Below, piece after piece: positions 1 to 11,073 of a stretch of DNA of 64,000 nucleotides; the first letter of the stretch is position 1; every line of letters starts with the position of its first letter. A model generated the notes under the pieces. That model made no database searches and was not told where the DNA came from. It was given only the letters and a program-made list of their open reading frames with translations. Source of the DNA: Selaginella moellendorffii (Eukaryota; Plantae; Lycopodiophyta); assembly GCF_000143415.4 (NCBI RefSeq), contig NW_003314433.1, forward strand, positions 109,375 to 173,374. The letters are read 5' to 3'. The position numbers and the translations under genes were made by a program.

Positions 1-388
1 ATGGAAGGGAAGTTGCTACCTCCAAAACTCGTTTGTTTCTTCTACAACAGTGTCGATACGATACGCGGAGTAAAAAAGGAAGCAATCCAAAAAGAGGATG
101 TCCGTAAGATCACTACAGCTTAACCTCACTCTCGCAACTTGGCTCGGTGGTCTCTTCATGGAGGAATCCATGGCAGAAAGAGAAGGATCGTCAAGTCCGA
201 GCTTTTGCAAACGAGGGAGCGATCGAGCGAAACGACGGCTGCCGCACACTGTGGATTGATCGATAAGTCTCTAGCTGGAGACACGGAGAATCCACCGAGC
301 ATCTCGACAGGAACTTTCATGATCATCATCACGCGCTTCAAGCACGGCCTAGCTTAACATCAACGACTTTGGGCTTGGCAAAGTTCTT

Positions 389-393
<5 letters not shown>

Positions 394-420
<27 letters not shown>
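394..420 (+). repeat. (CT)n microsatellite, mirrored as (GA)n at ~11043-11068
   Basis: Read directly from the sequence. Confidence 0.9.
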
Positions 421-423
<3 letters not shown>

Positions 424-1068
424 CTGCTTGCTCGTGGATTTTTTAACGAATTTCTTCGTCTTTCGTGTGCTGCCGGGCTTGAGGAAATCTGTCCGAGAAA
501 CTGGGCATGTATCTTGTTTCCAGTTTGGGTTGCTTCGGACGACTTTCGTGCCGGTTGCCGGAGGAAAAAGAATTGTCATGGAAAAAACAATGGAACCTGT
601 AAGCGCTCTGGACAACACGTTAGCTTGTCACATCCTTGGCAAAAAGCTTAGACTTTGCTGGATGATCTGCGGCCTTGATCTCAGGCTAATGCCGTGCTGA
701 TCGCATCAGCGAGAGGAATTTAAAGACTTTTCCAGTCGACAAGAAGTGGTGGAGTGATCGGGCAGTGATCCATCGACTTCGAGCGAAACATGACATGGAT
801 CGAATCGTCCGAGTCCAAGTAGAAAAAGAAAAAGGACGAGATGGAGATGGAGGGATCAAAGAAGTGGAGCGCGGTAAAGTCAATCAAAGCCAGCGCCATT
901 TCTTTCTCTCCTCTCAGATTTTTGCGCTCTCTTTCCTTCAAACTTTCTGTGTGGCTGGCAACAAAAACAAAGGCCACACATGGGGAGCTAAAGAGGGAAC
1001 ATGGACTCCCAGCGAACAATAAAAATAAGCATTTTGGGGGCCCAAAACCGGACCACGGGCCGATTCCG

Positions 1069-1093
1069 GAATATTCTCCGGCAACGAATATTC
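1069..1093. promoter_or_regulatory. Pair of P1BS-consensus motifs (GAATATTC x2)
   Basis: GNATATNC matches at 1069-1076 and 1086-1093. One copy is retained in the mirror arm (10372-10379). Confidence 0.35.
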
Positions 1094-2085
1094 TATTATT
1101 CCTTAGGGTTAGGGCACCGCCCGAGTAAAAGGTGTTGCAATAGAGTCAGACCAATAATGACACGATGTAAAAAAGAAGAACTATTGTCATCCCCTTAGTT
1201 TTTGATTTCTAGGTTTAGCTACAGTGGCGTTCTCTCTTTTATTCTCTTTAACAAAGCCCAATGAATGGAGTTTCAAAACGTCGTACCCCACGTACTATAC
1301 GAGGGGTTGGTTGTCACGTAGAGGTGATCATGAGGAAGCACTACCAAGGATTGGAGGCGTATAATAAACTAGAGAGAAGCGTATGGTAGCGGTGGAGGCG
1401 TGGAGTGTACGGTGGCGGGTTCGAGTCCGCCGGTCCGTGGCTCGCGGCGCGGCATCCGCTGGTCCGGGCCCAGTGGTCCATTTTATGACCCAAACTGGAT
1501 TCCGACAAAAACCGGTTAGCTTAAATTAGAGGCAGATAGCCAAGTTGGCGCCAAGTCCGCGGTGGCTGGAATGTATATCCAGATGTAGCTGTGCCACGTG
1601 TCAAAAGGTCAATTCCCGACCTGGGTGGAATTGTACGTCATTTAGCTATTAGCTAGTAGATGGCTATGGCGAGGAGCGGCGCCTTTGCTCTTCTCTCTCT
1701 CTCGCCGAGCAAAGCGGGGATCTTGATGCGCTAGGGCATCGATTCTCGTTGATCGTGTTGGCAGCGCCTCGCAGCGGTGGCGGCATTGGGATTGTGACGC
1801 TTGCCCGGGCAATGTGTCGAATTTGAAGGCGCTGCGCCACTGTGTCACGGGCGCGATCGGCGAGCGCAGCGCGCGTCGACGGGGCATCGATGGAGCTAGG
1901 TAATCACACAAGGGGCTCGCGTTGAATCGAGCTTTTTCCTTCTTTCTCTCTGCTTCCCGTGATCTTCCTCGCTTTTCCCATTCGATCCTCGGCTTTCCAT
2001 GGCGAATTGGAGGTAATCGCTCCGAAATATTCCCTCCTGTCGGAAGCGCTTGCTCGAAATATTTCCACTCCGATCGATCCGCAAG

Positions 2086-3100
2086 ATGGAGCTCCACGGC
2101 GGCGACCCGGACCTCTGCTATGGCCTGGACGTGGATCTTGTGGGAGACAACGATGAGGCCTGGGCGAGGCGGTCGTCCAGGATCACGAGGATTTCAGCGA
2201 CGACGACATGGACGTGGACGAGCTGGAGAAGAGGATTTGGAACGATCGGCTGCGGCTCAAGCGGATCAAGGACAAGCAAAAGGCCAGGGTCAACAACGCA
2301 TTCTCCTCGAATCACTCGAATCACAGCAGCCATGCGCAGCCGCAGCAGCAGCAGCATCACGGCGGCCCAGCAGCGCAGCACCAGAATCTGGGCAATCTCC
2401 CCAAGCACAAGCAATCCCAGGAGCAAGCCCGGCGGAAGATGTTGCGAGCCCAGGACGGGATCCTCAAGTACACTCTCAAGATGATGGAGGTCTGCAAAGC
2501 CCAAGGATTCGTCTATGGTATCATCCCCGAGAAGGGCAAGCCAGTGAGCGGCGCCAGCGACAACATCCGCGCGTGGTGGAAGGAGAAGGTCCGCTTCGAT
2601 CGGAACGGCCCCGCCGCCATGGCCAAGTACGAGGCGGAGCACGGCATCTGCTCCAGATCCGGCGGAGGCGCTGGCCAGCTCTCCGCCGCCACCCCGACGC
2701 CACACACTCTCCAGGAGCTCCAGGACACCACCCTCGGATCGCTTCTCTCGGCGCTAATGCAGCACTGCGATCCACCCCAGCGGAGGTACCCGCTGGAGAA
2801 AGGGGTGGCGCCGCCGTGGTGGCCGAGCGGCGACGAGGAGTGGTGGCCCGAGCTTGGGCTTCCAAAGGGGCAGGGGCCGCCGCCGTATAAGAAGCCCCAT
2901 GATCTCAAGAAGGTGTGGAAGGTTGGAGTTCTCACTGCGGTGATCCGACACATGTCCCCGGATATCGAAGATCAGGAAGCTCGTGAGGCAGTCCAAGTGC
3001 GACTGCCAAGGAGAGCGCGACGTGGATCTCGGTGCTCAACCAGGAGGAGGCGCTGGCGAGGCAGTGGAATTTGATCGGGCAGCAGCAGCAGCAGCAGAGC
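2086..3100 (+). pseudogene. EIN3: EIN3/EIL transcription factor, N-terminal DNA-binding region; frameshifted and 3'-truncated
   Basis: Diagnostic EIN3 motifs include [69 protein letters not shown] and YKKPHDLKK. Frameshifts lie at ~2155 and ~2967 relative to the mirror copy. The C-terminal half is absent. Confidence 0.93.
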
Positions 3101-3517
3101 CACCACCACCGCCATAACCAGGTGATTGTGATGAGGATAACCCTTGAGACATTGCCTTGGATTGCTCTTCCAGGAAGAGGTCGAAGAGCAAGAAAACAAT
3201 GAGGAAGCACCAGACAGATCCATTCGAGGTATAGAAACTCTGAGAAGGAATTTGTGTGGAGCGACTCTTGAATGTTCTTTGCAGATTTCTATGTGAACGG
3301 AAGATCCCTTTTACGATTCGGCGGTATCTCCGAATGAGAGAGTGGTCCTCTTCGTGCGTTTCTAAGAGGCTACGAGATTGGGGAGGATTCTTGGAAGAGA
3401 CAAGTTGGAAACTAGAGAAAAATCTCAAAAGATTCGTGGGATACTATGCATATGCTTTTAGGGTTCTTTGTAGATTAGCTAAAGGAGAAAATTCGCTAGG
3501 GTTTTCTTTCATTTGTA

Positions 3518-5044
3518 ATGGCAGGGGCGCGGCTCGCGATCGTCTCCGATCTTGATGGAACAATGGTACGCACCGCTCGTTTCTTCTTCGATGCGCTCTG
3601 GGCCGCGGATTATTTCCATGACTCGCTTCTGGTGTTCTCGACTGGAATATCGCCGACGATGTATCGCCTGCTGAGGCGGGAGAGGCCGCTGCTCACGCCG
3701 GAGGTCACGATCTTGTCTGTGGGGTACGGCGATGCCATGGTTCCAGATTCTGGATGAGAGCAAGAACTAAACAAGGGGTGGGATAGGGCTGTTTGGAAGA
3801 GACTTCCAAGTTTCCAGAGCTTACATTCCAGGTAGAAAAATTCCATATCCTCTCTTTGATGCTGTTTACAACGTTTTTCTCTATCTCGTGCTGGCTTTTT
3901 TTATTTTTTTCCTGTAGGAACAAACAGAACAGCGACCTCACAAAGTCAGCTTCAAGCTGAAGAAGGCAGAGGCTCCTCGGGTTGTGGAGACACTGTTGAA
4001 TTGATTGATCGAGTGTGGGCCAAGTTTTTAGAGGATCGTTCGAAGCTTTCGTGATCTAATCCTTTTTCTTTTTTGTTCTTCCAGTTGGATGTAAAAATCA
4101 TATACAGCGGAGGACAGGATATGCTTGAGCAGCTGACAAGGGACAGCTCATGAGGGAAGGCAGAGCTCCTCAGAAAGTTCTTGTGATGCTGAGCTCTTTG
4201 CCGTCAAAGACGTTTTTGGAGTGATCGTAAGTTCTTGAAGTCGATTGATCACCCACTCACTCACTGACGATCTCAGGTCGGGAATGCGTTTGAAGATCTT
4301 ACGCAGTGGTACCTTGATAATGCCAAAGACAATCCCAAGATCTTTCGTGGCACTGAAAGATGCGCTTCGGGAATCTTACAAGCTATCCGAGAGTTCAAGT
4401 TTGATCCTTGTGTTTCGCCCAGGGATGCCGACTTACTGAGCCAGCTCACTGCTGGGGACACCGAAGGGTTGATCGGACGTGGAGTGGTGCTACTGTGTGA
4501 GATGGTTACGAGGCGAGGTTGAAAGCTCCCACGAGGTGTTTGAACACTTGAAAAGGCCAATGGTAAGTTCCCCGTGTTTAGTAGTTTTGGATGCTTGAGC
4601 AACGAAATGGCTGGCAGGCCCCTGACTCAACGCTGGTCACTCCGTGGGGACTAGAAGACGATCTTCGTACAAGCGTTGAGATTCTACGTCCCTCCACGGT
4701 ATTCACAGGGGAAAGAACTTCTGTATGTGGGTTGATCGAATTCGTGCGACGAAGGTTGGGGACGTTACTTGGGTTGTCAAGTTTGATAACTGGCAGCGAA
4801 CGGGTACGTTAAGTTCTTCTTTCTGATGCATTATTTTCTTGCTGGTGCATTCCAGACGAAGAGCTGAATTATCGCTTGACAACCGCCGTGTGTTTCAATA
4901 TAAGGTGGCGTTCTTATCGCTTTGTTTTGGTGGAGTTATTCAGCTTTGCTTCTCTTACAGGATGACATGCCTTATGCGAGTGTATTACGAATCCACGAAA
5001 CGTGGCTTGATGGTTATGCGGGAAGATCTTTGGTCCTAATGTAG
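3518..5044 (+). pseudogene. SPP: Sucrose-phosphate phosphatase (HAD S6PP + S6PP_C), multi-exon, with stops and deletions
   Basis: Motifs MAGARLAIVSDLDGTMV, HDSLLVFSTG, EQRPHKVSF, LDVKIIYSGG, ERCASGILQAI, WVDRI..WVVKFD and IHETWL. In-frame TGA at ~3755, with short GT-AG introns. Confidence 0.85.
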
Positions 5045-5744
5045 GAGGCACAGCCAACGGTAGGCGAAAAAATAAGCAGGGACGAGTCATCGTCCAGGTA
5101 ACCAAATATATTCCAGGTTTGCTGAGATTGATATATGGTGAAGAAAAACGAGACAAATGCGCACTCAGTGATGGAGCCCGTAGTGCGACGATCCATGGTC
5201 GAGGTCGACTTACAACGCGTTGATAAGTTCTACACTTAATGGAATGGCATGTGGATCCAAACGCACACGCGTGATCGACATTTGCGACAAGACGAGGGTA
5301 TGTTTACGCATTTATACTCATTCATTCATGGTGTAGAACAGGGTGACATCAGGATCAAAAGCGAGAATAAGATACACTCAGGTCGGAACGACAGGGATCA
5401 AACTCATCAGTAGCAACGGAGAGGTTTGTATTCTGGATTTAAATCGCGTCTCTCAGCAAGCTTTCGATGAACAGCAAATGGAAGGAGAAAAAACCCGGCG
5501 GGTTGGGGTCCACGTCGTCAACAAAACGATGCGGATCAATGTTAAAAACCCACAGACTGGTACGTGCAATGCTTTACAGCCAGAAGTTTTGGCTTTCTTA
5601 GCGAAGAATCGTGCAGAATCTGGCAAGGAAAAGGAAAAGTATAATCGGGCCACTAACAAGGTGGAGCATCGCGAATGGAAGATAAGCTAAAATGCATTTA
5701 TTTTCGTTCTCTTTCTTTCTCCGTGGTATGGGGGACTTCTCTCA

Positions 5745-5883
5745 GCATATCCCGAGCTGCATATCCAGTGATTCAAAGCAAAGTTCTCACCCTTATACCC
5801 CTCTTTGATGATAGTCGGGCAATTATCACACCACTATTCTTCCATGTCTTGTGTGTCTCTAGTCGGCCAACCAGAGTATAAAA
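5745..5883 (+). promoter_or_regulatory. Tandem P1BS motifs (GCATATCC at 5745-5752 and 5759-5766) and a TATA box (5877-5883) upstream of the PHO1-like gene
   Basis: GNATATNC consensus lies upstream of a PHO1-family fragment. PHO1;H1 is a known PHR1/P1BS target. The second spacer copy keeps one site (44520-44527). Confidence 0.55.
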
Positions 5884-6751
5884 TGCGACCACCACCTTCA
5901 TTGCAAACTCCCCCTGCTCCCTCTTCCTCTCGCAGAAGGAGAGAAGGCTCCAAGTTTTTGAGTGAGCAAAGGGCTCTCACCTCGAGAACTCGACAAGCTC
6001 CCTCGATTCCAAGCTTGGCTCCTTCGGTTATTCTTCTCCTCTTCGTCCCCTTGCAAGAGTAAGTTTTTTCTTTGCTTTCGTAGTTCTGAGCTTGCGATTC
6101 TTTCAGTTTGGTTGCGCCAGCAATCGGGATTCCGACGAAACAAAACGCTCCATAAGCGTGATTTCCAGAAAGAGTACGTGCATCGCTTCCTTCCATGCTT
6201 TAGATGCTCAAATGATTCTTTCATTCCCTTTCGCTCGCATAAATTACTCGTGTTGACAAGAAAAGAGTTGAAGTGTGTGAGAGTGTGTGTAAGTGTGTAA
6301 CTTACGACAGCTTCTTTTCATGTAGATTCCCCTGCATTCCCTGTCCTTTTGTTTCCTTTTTTAGTTCCATAGGCCAATGGATCGCTTGCTTCTTCGCTCC
6401 TCTTGCACTCTGCTGCGTCAGTTTCTCTCAGGAAAACGTATTCTTATGTAATTGTTCGCTGGCGTCGGTGAGAAACGAAGGCTTTCCCCCTTTTTTCCAG
6501 AGATGATCTTAAGGCGCTGTTTTCTTGTGAGAATTGGTGCTCCTCCCCAGCACAATGCATTTGATGATTCCACGCCACCATTTGTCTCGTCATATGCTCA
6601 TTGCCACTGTTCTTTTTCTGCTTCCAGAGCACAGGCGCCAGAAAAGTTTGAAGAGGCATTCTGAACTTGACACCATTTCCTCCAGGTATTTCATCTCTTG
6701 CTTGATCGTTTTCTTGACGATGTTCGCCTCAGGTAATCCAAGCTTTCAGAC

Positions 6752-7410
6752 ATGGTGAAGTTCCAGAAGCAGCTGGAGGGCCAGCTCGTCCCAGAGTGGC
6801 GGGTGAAGTACTGCGACTACAAGCAGCTCAAGAAAGTTGTCAAGAGAATCAAAAACCAGATCCTACACAGCAGCACAAGGTGTTCGATCCAAATGTCTTC
6901 TCGGATGACAAGAGCAAGCTTCAAAACTTGCTGCAAAATCCCAGCGCCATCCTGAGCAGCTGCTGCGAACAATCCATATCCTCGGAAACGTCCATGGATG
7001 TTCTGGACTGTAAAGACGAAACAAAACTCTTCAATACGATGAGGTTGTGCACAAGACGAGAATTGCAGATGGCGAGGATTTTTAAGAGAAGGAGCTGTTT
7101 GGAACTCGATCGGATCACGAAAAGAACTTCTTTTTCGGCCTTGACGATCAGCTCAACAAAGTGGACAAGTTTTTTAGATGCAAGGAAGACGAGTACGATG
7201 CTCAAGCACAGCAACTTCACATCCAAATGGAAGAGCTCATCGTTATGCAAGGTTTGTTATAGCAGCCTCTAAATCTGTAGCACTTAACTTGGAATCGTTT
7301 GACGTCTACCATGTTGTAGATGACGAATGTCAGAGCTTGAATAACAAAGGAAAGGTTCAGCGAGCATCCAAGATGCTCCAGACGGCCTTTGTCGATGCAA
7401 TCCCTCCAGG
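6752..7410 (+). pseudogene. PHO1: PHO1-family SPX-domain 5' fragment (spacer copy 1)
   Basis: Motifs [28 protein letters not shown] and FFGLDDQLNKVDKF. Frameshifted; the EXS domain is missing. Confidence 0.85.
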
Positions 7411-7704
7411 TAGTAAAGTTTATGGACCGCGCAGAGAGAGTGTTCACTCTGCACTTTACGAAAGGCAACCGAAAGCAAGCCAGGCCCATACACTCTGCGA
7501 GCAATCATGGAAATATAAACTTTATCCATTTCATGCATTCGGATCGTCGTTATTAATTAACCTTCTATCACCATTGATGATAGGACGCAGAGATTGTATA
7601 CTAGTAGTTTCATGGCAATGGCATTGCCTCTAGAAAAGGAAAGCACTGACCATACCTTTGGGAATAACTGTAATCTATTCATTTAATTTTCAGCTAGAAC
7701 TTTC

Positions 7705-7857
7705 ACGGACCTTATCGTTTCTTCTTGCTGCGCTCTTTGGAAGGTTTGGTAGCCTCCTCTTCGGCGTTGTGGTCGGCTTCAAGTCTCGCGAGCTGCAAAT
7801 CAAACAATGCTGTTGTGAGGATTCCTTCTTGAGACACCACTTTACCTTGTCAAGGAC
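7705..7857 (-). pseudogene. Last exon(s) of the kelch/DUF4110 (KLHDC4-like) gene, cut off at the palindrome junction
   Basis: The minus strand reads VLDK|GT..AG intron|LARLEADHNAEEEATK. In the 46857 arm the same sequence continues the kelch gene's RELKP. Confidence 0.6.
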
Positions 7858-8180
7858 CGCCGGGTTTTTTCTCCTTCCATTTGCTGTTCATCGAAAGCTT
7901 GCTGAGAGACGCGATTTAAATCCACAATACAAACCTCTCCGTTGCTACTGATGAGTTTGATCCCTGTCGTTCCAACCTGAGTGTGCCTGATTCTCGCTTT
8001 TGATCCTGATGTCACCTTGTTCTACAGCAACCACCATGAATGGATGAGTATAAATGTGTAAACATACCCTCGTTTTCCTTCACCATATATCAATCTCAGT
8101 AAACCTGGAATATATTTGTATGCCACTGCACACACAGCAGCATCCACTAAATTAGATTCCAGAGCTGATAACTTTTACAT

Positions 8181-8313
8181 GGTCACCTGGACGATGACAA
8201 GGACCAAAGGTCTTCCCACATAACCATCAAGCCACGTTTCGTGGATTTCGTAATACACTCGCATAAGGTATGCCATCCTGTAAGAGAAGCAAAGCTGAAT
8301 AACTCCACCAAAA
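8181..8313 (-). pseudogene. SPP: 3' fragment of SPP in the right arm, fused to the truncated EIN3 copy
   Basis: Reverse complement of ~4920-5100 (YASVLR..ETWLDGY). Confidence 0.7.
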
Positions 8314-9345
8314 CAAGCACTTGGACTGCCTCACGAGCTTCTGCTGCTGCTGCTGCCCGATCAAATTCCCCGAGCACTGCCTCGCCAGCGCCTCCTCCTG
8401 GTTGAGCACCGAGATCCACGTCGCGCTCTCCTTGGCAGTCATCTTGTCTTGCAAGCACTTGGACTGCCTCACGAGCTTCCTGATCTTCCCGATATCCGGG
8501 GACATGTGTCGGATCACCGCAGTGACAACTCCAACCTTCCACACCTTCTTGAGATCATGGGGCTTCTTATACGGCGGCGGCCCCTGCCCATTTGGAAGCC
8601 CAAGCTCGGGCCACCACTCCTCGTCGCCGCTCGGCCACCACGGCGGCGCCACCCCTTTCTCCAGCGGGTACCTCCGCTGGGGTGGATCGCAGTGCTGCAT
8701 TAGCGCCGAGAGAAGCGATCCGAGGGTGGTGTCCTGGAGCTCCTGGAGAGTGTGTGGCGTCGGGGCGGCGGCGGAGAGCTGGCCAGCGCCGCCGCCGGAT
8801 CTGGAGCAGATGCCCTCGTACTTGGCCATGGCGGCGGGGCCGTTCCGATCGAAGCGGACCTTCTCCTTCCATCACGCGGTTGTTGTTGCTGGCGCCGCTC
8901 ACTGGCTTGCCCTTCTCGGGGATGATGCCATAGACGAATCCTTGGGCTTTGCAGACCTCCATGAGGATCGCGTCCTGGGCTCACGACATCTTCTTCCGCC
9001 GGGCTTGCTCCTGGGATTGCTTGTGCTTGACGAGATTGCCCAGATTCTGGTGCTGCGCTGCTGGGCCGCCGTGATGCTGCTGCTGCTGCTGCTGGCCATG
9101 GCTGCTGTGATTCGAGTGATTCGAGGAGAATGCGTTGTTGACCCTGGACTTTTGCTTGTCCTTGATCCGCTTGAGCCGCAGCCGATCGTTCCAAATCCTC
9201 TCTCCAGCTCGTCCACGTCCATGTCGTCGTCGCTGAAATCCTCGTGATCCTGGACGACCGCCTCGCCCAGGCCTCCATCGTTGTCTCCCACAAGATCCAC
9301 GTCCAGGCCATAGCAGAGATCCGGGTCGCCGCCGTGGAGCTCCAT
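8314..9345 (-). pseudogene. EIN3: EIN3/EIL second copy with several frameshifts, 3'-truncated
   Basis: EIN3 motifs are split across ORFs 8899..9345, 8981..9424, 8567..8962 and 8227..8829 ([23 protein letters not shown]). Its lesions differ from those of copy 1. Confidence 0.92.
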
Positions 9346-11042
9346 CTTGCGGATCGATCGGAGTGGAAATATTTCGAGCGCGCGCTGCCGAGAGGAGGGA
9401 ATATTTCGGAGCGATTACCTCCAATTCGCCATGGATCGAATGGGAAAGCGAGGAAGATCACGGGAAGCAGAGAGAAAGAAGGAAAAAGCTCGATTCAACG
9501 CGAGCCCCTTGTTGATTACCTAGCTCCATCGATGCCCCGTCGACGCGCGCTGCGCTCGCCGATGGCGCCCGTGACACAGTGGCGCAGCGCCTTCAAATTC
9601 GACGGGCAAGCGTCACAATCCCAATGCCGCCACCGCTGCGAGGCGCTGCCCAACGAGAATCGATGCCCTAGCGCATCAAGATCCCCGCTTTGCTGCGAGA
9701 GAGAGAGAGAAGAGCAAAGGCGCAGCGCTCCTCGCCATAGCCAACTACTAGCTAATAGCTATCCATCCAAATGCTGTACAATTCCCCCCACTGCCTTTTT
9801 TACACGTGGCACAGCTACATCTGGTGGATGCCCTTTTCAGCCCTTCCGGCTTACGGCCAATTTGGCTATCTGCCTCAAATTTAGCTAAGCGGTTTGTTGC
9901 CAGATTTAGCAGCTCCCCGAAGCTGCCAGTTTGTCGGAATCCAGTTTGGGTCATAAAATGGACCACTGGGGGACCCCGGGCTCGAACCCGGATCAGTGGA
10001 TGCCGCTCGAGCCACGGACCGGCGGTCTCGTCGCCGGACTCGAACCCGCCACCGTACGCTCTACGCCTCCACCGCTACCATACGCCTCTCTCTAGTTTAT
10101 TATACGCCTCCAATCCTTGGTAGTGCTTCCTCATGATCACCTCTACGTGACAACCAACCCGGCGTAGAGTACGTGGGGTACGACGTTTGAAACTCCATTC
10201 ATTGGGCTTTGTTAAAGAGAATAAAAGAGAGAACGCCACTGTAGCTAAACCTAGAAATCAAAAACTAAACTACATCGTGCCATTATTGGTTTGACTCTAT
10301 GGCTTAGATGCAACACCTTTTACTCGGGCGGTGCCCTAATCCTCGCGAATAATAAAATATTCGCTGCCGGAGAATATTCCGGAATCGGCCCGTGGTGAGG
10401 TTTTGGGCCCCCCCCCAAAATGCTTATTTATATTGTTCGCTGGGAGTCCATGTTCCCTTTTTAGCTCCCCATGTGTGGCCTTTGTTTTTGTTGCCAGCCA
10501 AAGAAACACACAGAAAGTTTGAAGGAGAGAGAGAGAGCACAAAAATCTGAGAGGAGAGAAAGAAATGGCACTGGCTTTGATTGACTTTGCCGCGCTCCAC
10601 TTCTTTGATCCCTCCATCTCCATCTCGTCCTTTTTCTTTTTCTACTTGGACTCGGACGATTCGATCCATGTCATGTTTCGCTCGAAGTCGATGGATCACT
10701 GCCCGATCACTCCACCACTTCTTGTCGACTGGAAAAGTCTTTAAATTCCTCTCGCTGATGCGATCAGCACAGCATTAGCCTGAGATCAAGGCCGCGGATC
10801 ATCCAGCAAAGTCTAAGCTTTTTGCCACGGATGTGACAAGCTAACGTGTTGTCCAGAGCGCTTACAGGTTCCATTGTTTTTTCCATGACAATTCTTTTTC
10901 CTCCGGCGACCGGCACGAAAATCGTCCGAAGCAACCCAAACTGGAAACAAGATACATGCCCAGTTTCTCGGACAGATTTCCTCAAGCCCGGCAGCACACG
11001 GAAGACGAAGAAATTCGTTAAAAAATCCACGAGCAAGCAGCA

Positions 11043-11073
<31 letters not shown>

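Noticed and set aside
600-660. Possible miR399/IPS1 target-mimic site (..ATCCTTGGCA)
   Set aside because: Only the 3' few bases match, and the AGGGCAA half is absent.
1922-2953. Long overlapping and antisense ORFs over EIN3 (also 8321..9247)
   Set aside because: Shadow ORFs of GC-rich coding sequence.
5502-7856. The spacer as a mobile element that generates flanking inverted duplications
   Set aside because: It has no TIRs, TSDs or Helitron ends. Its right end is mid-exon of the kelch gene, so it is better explained as an inverted segment of ordinary genic DNA.
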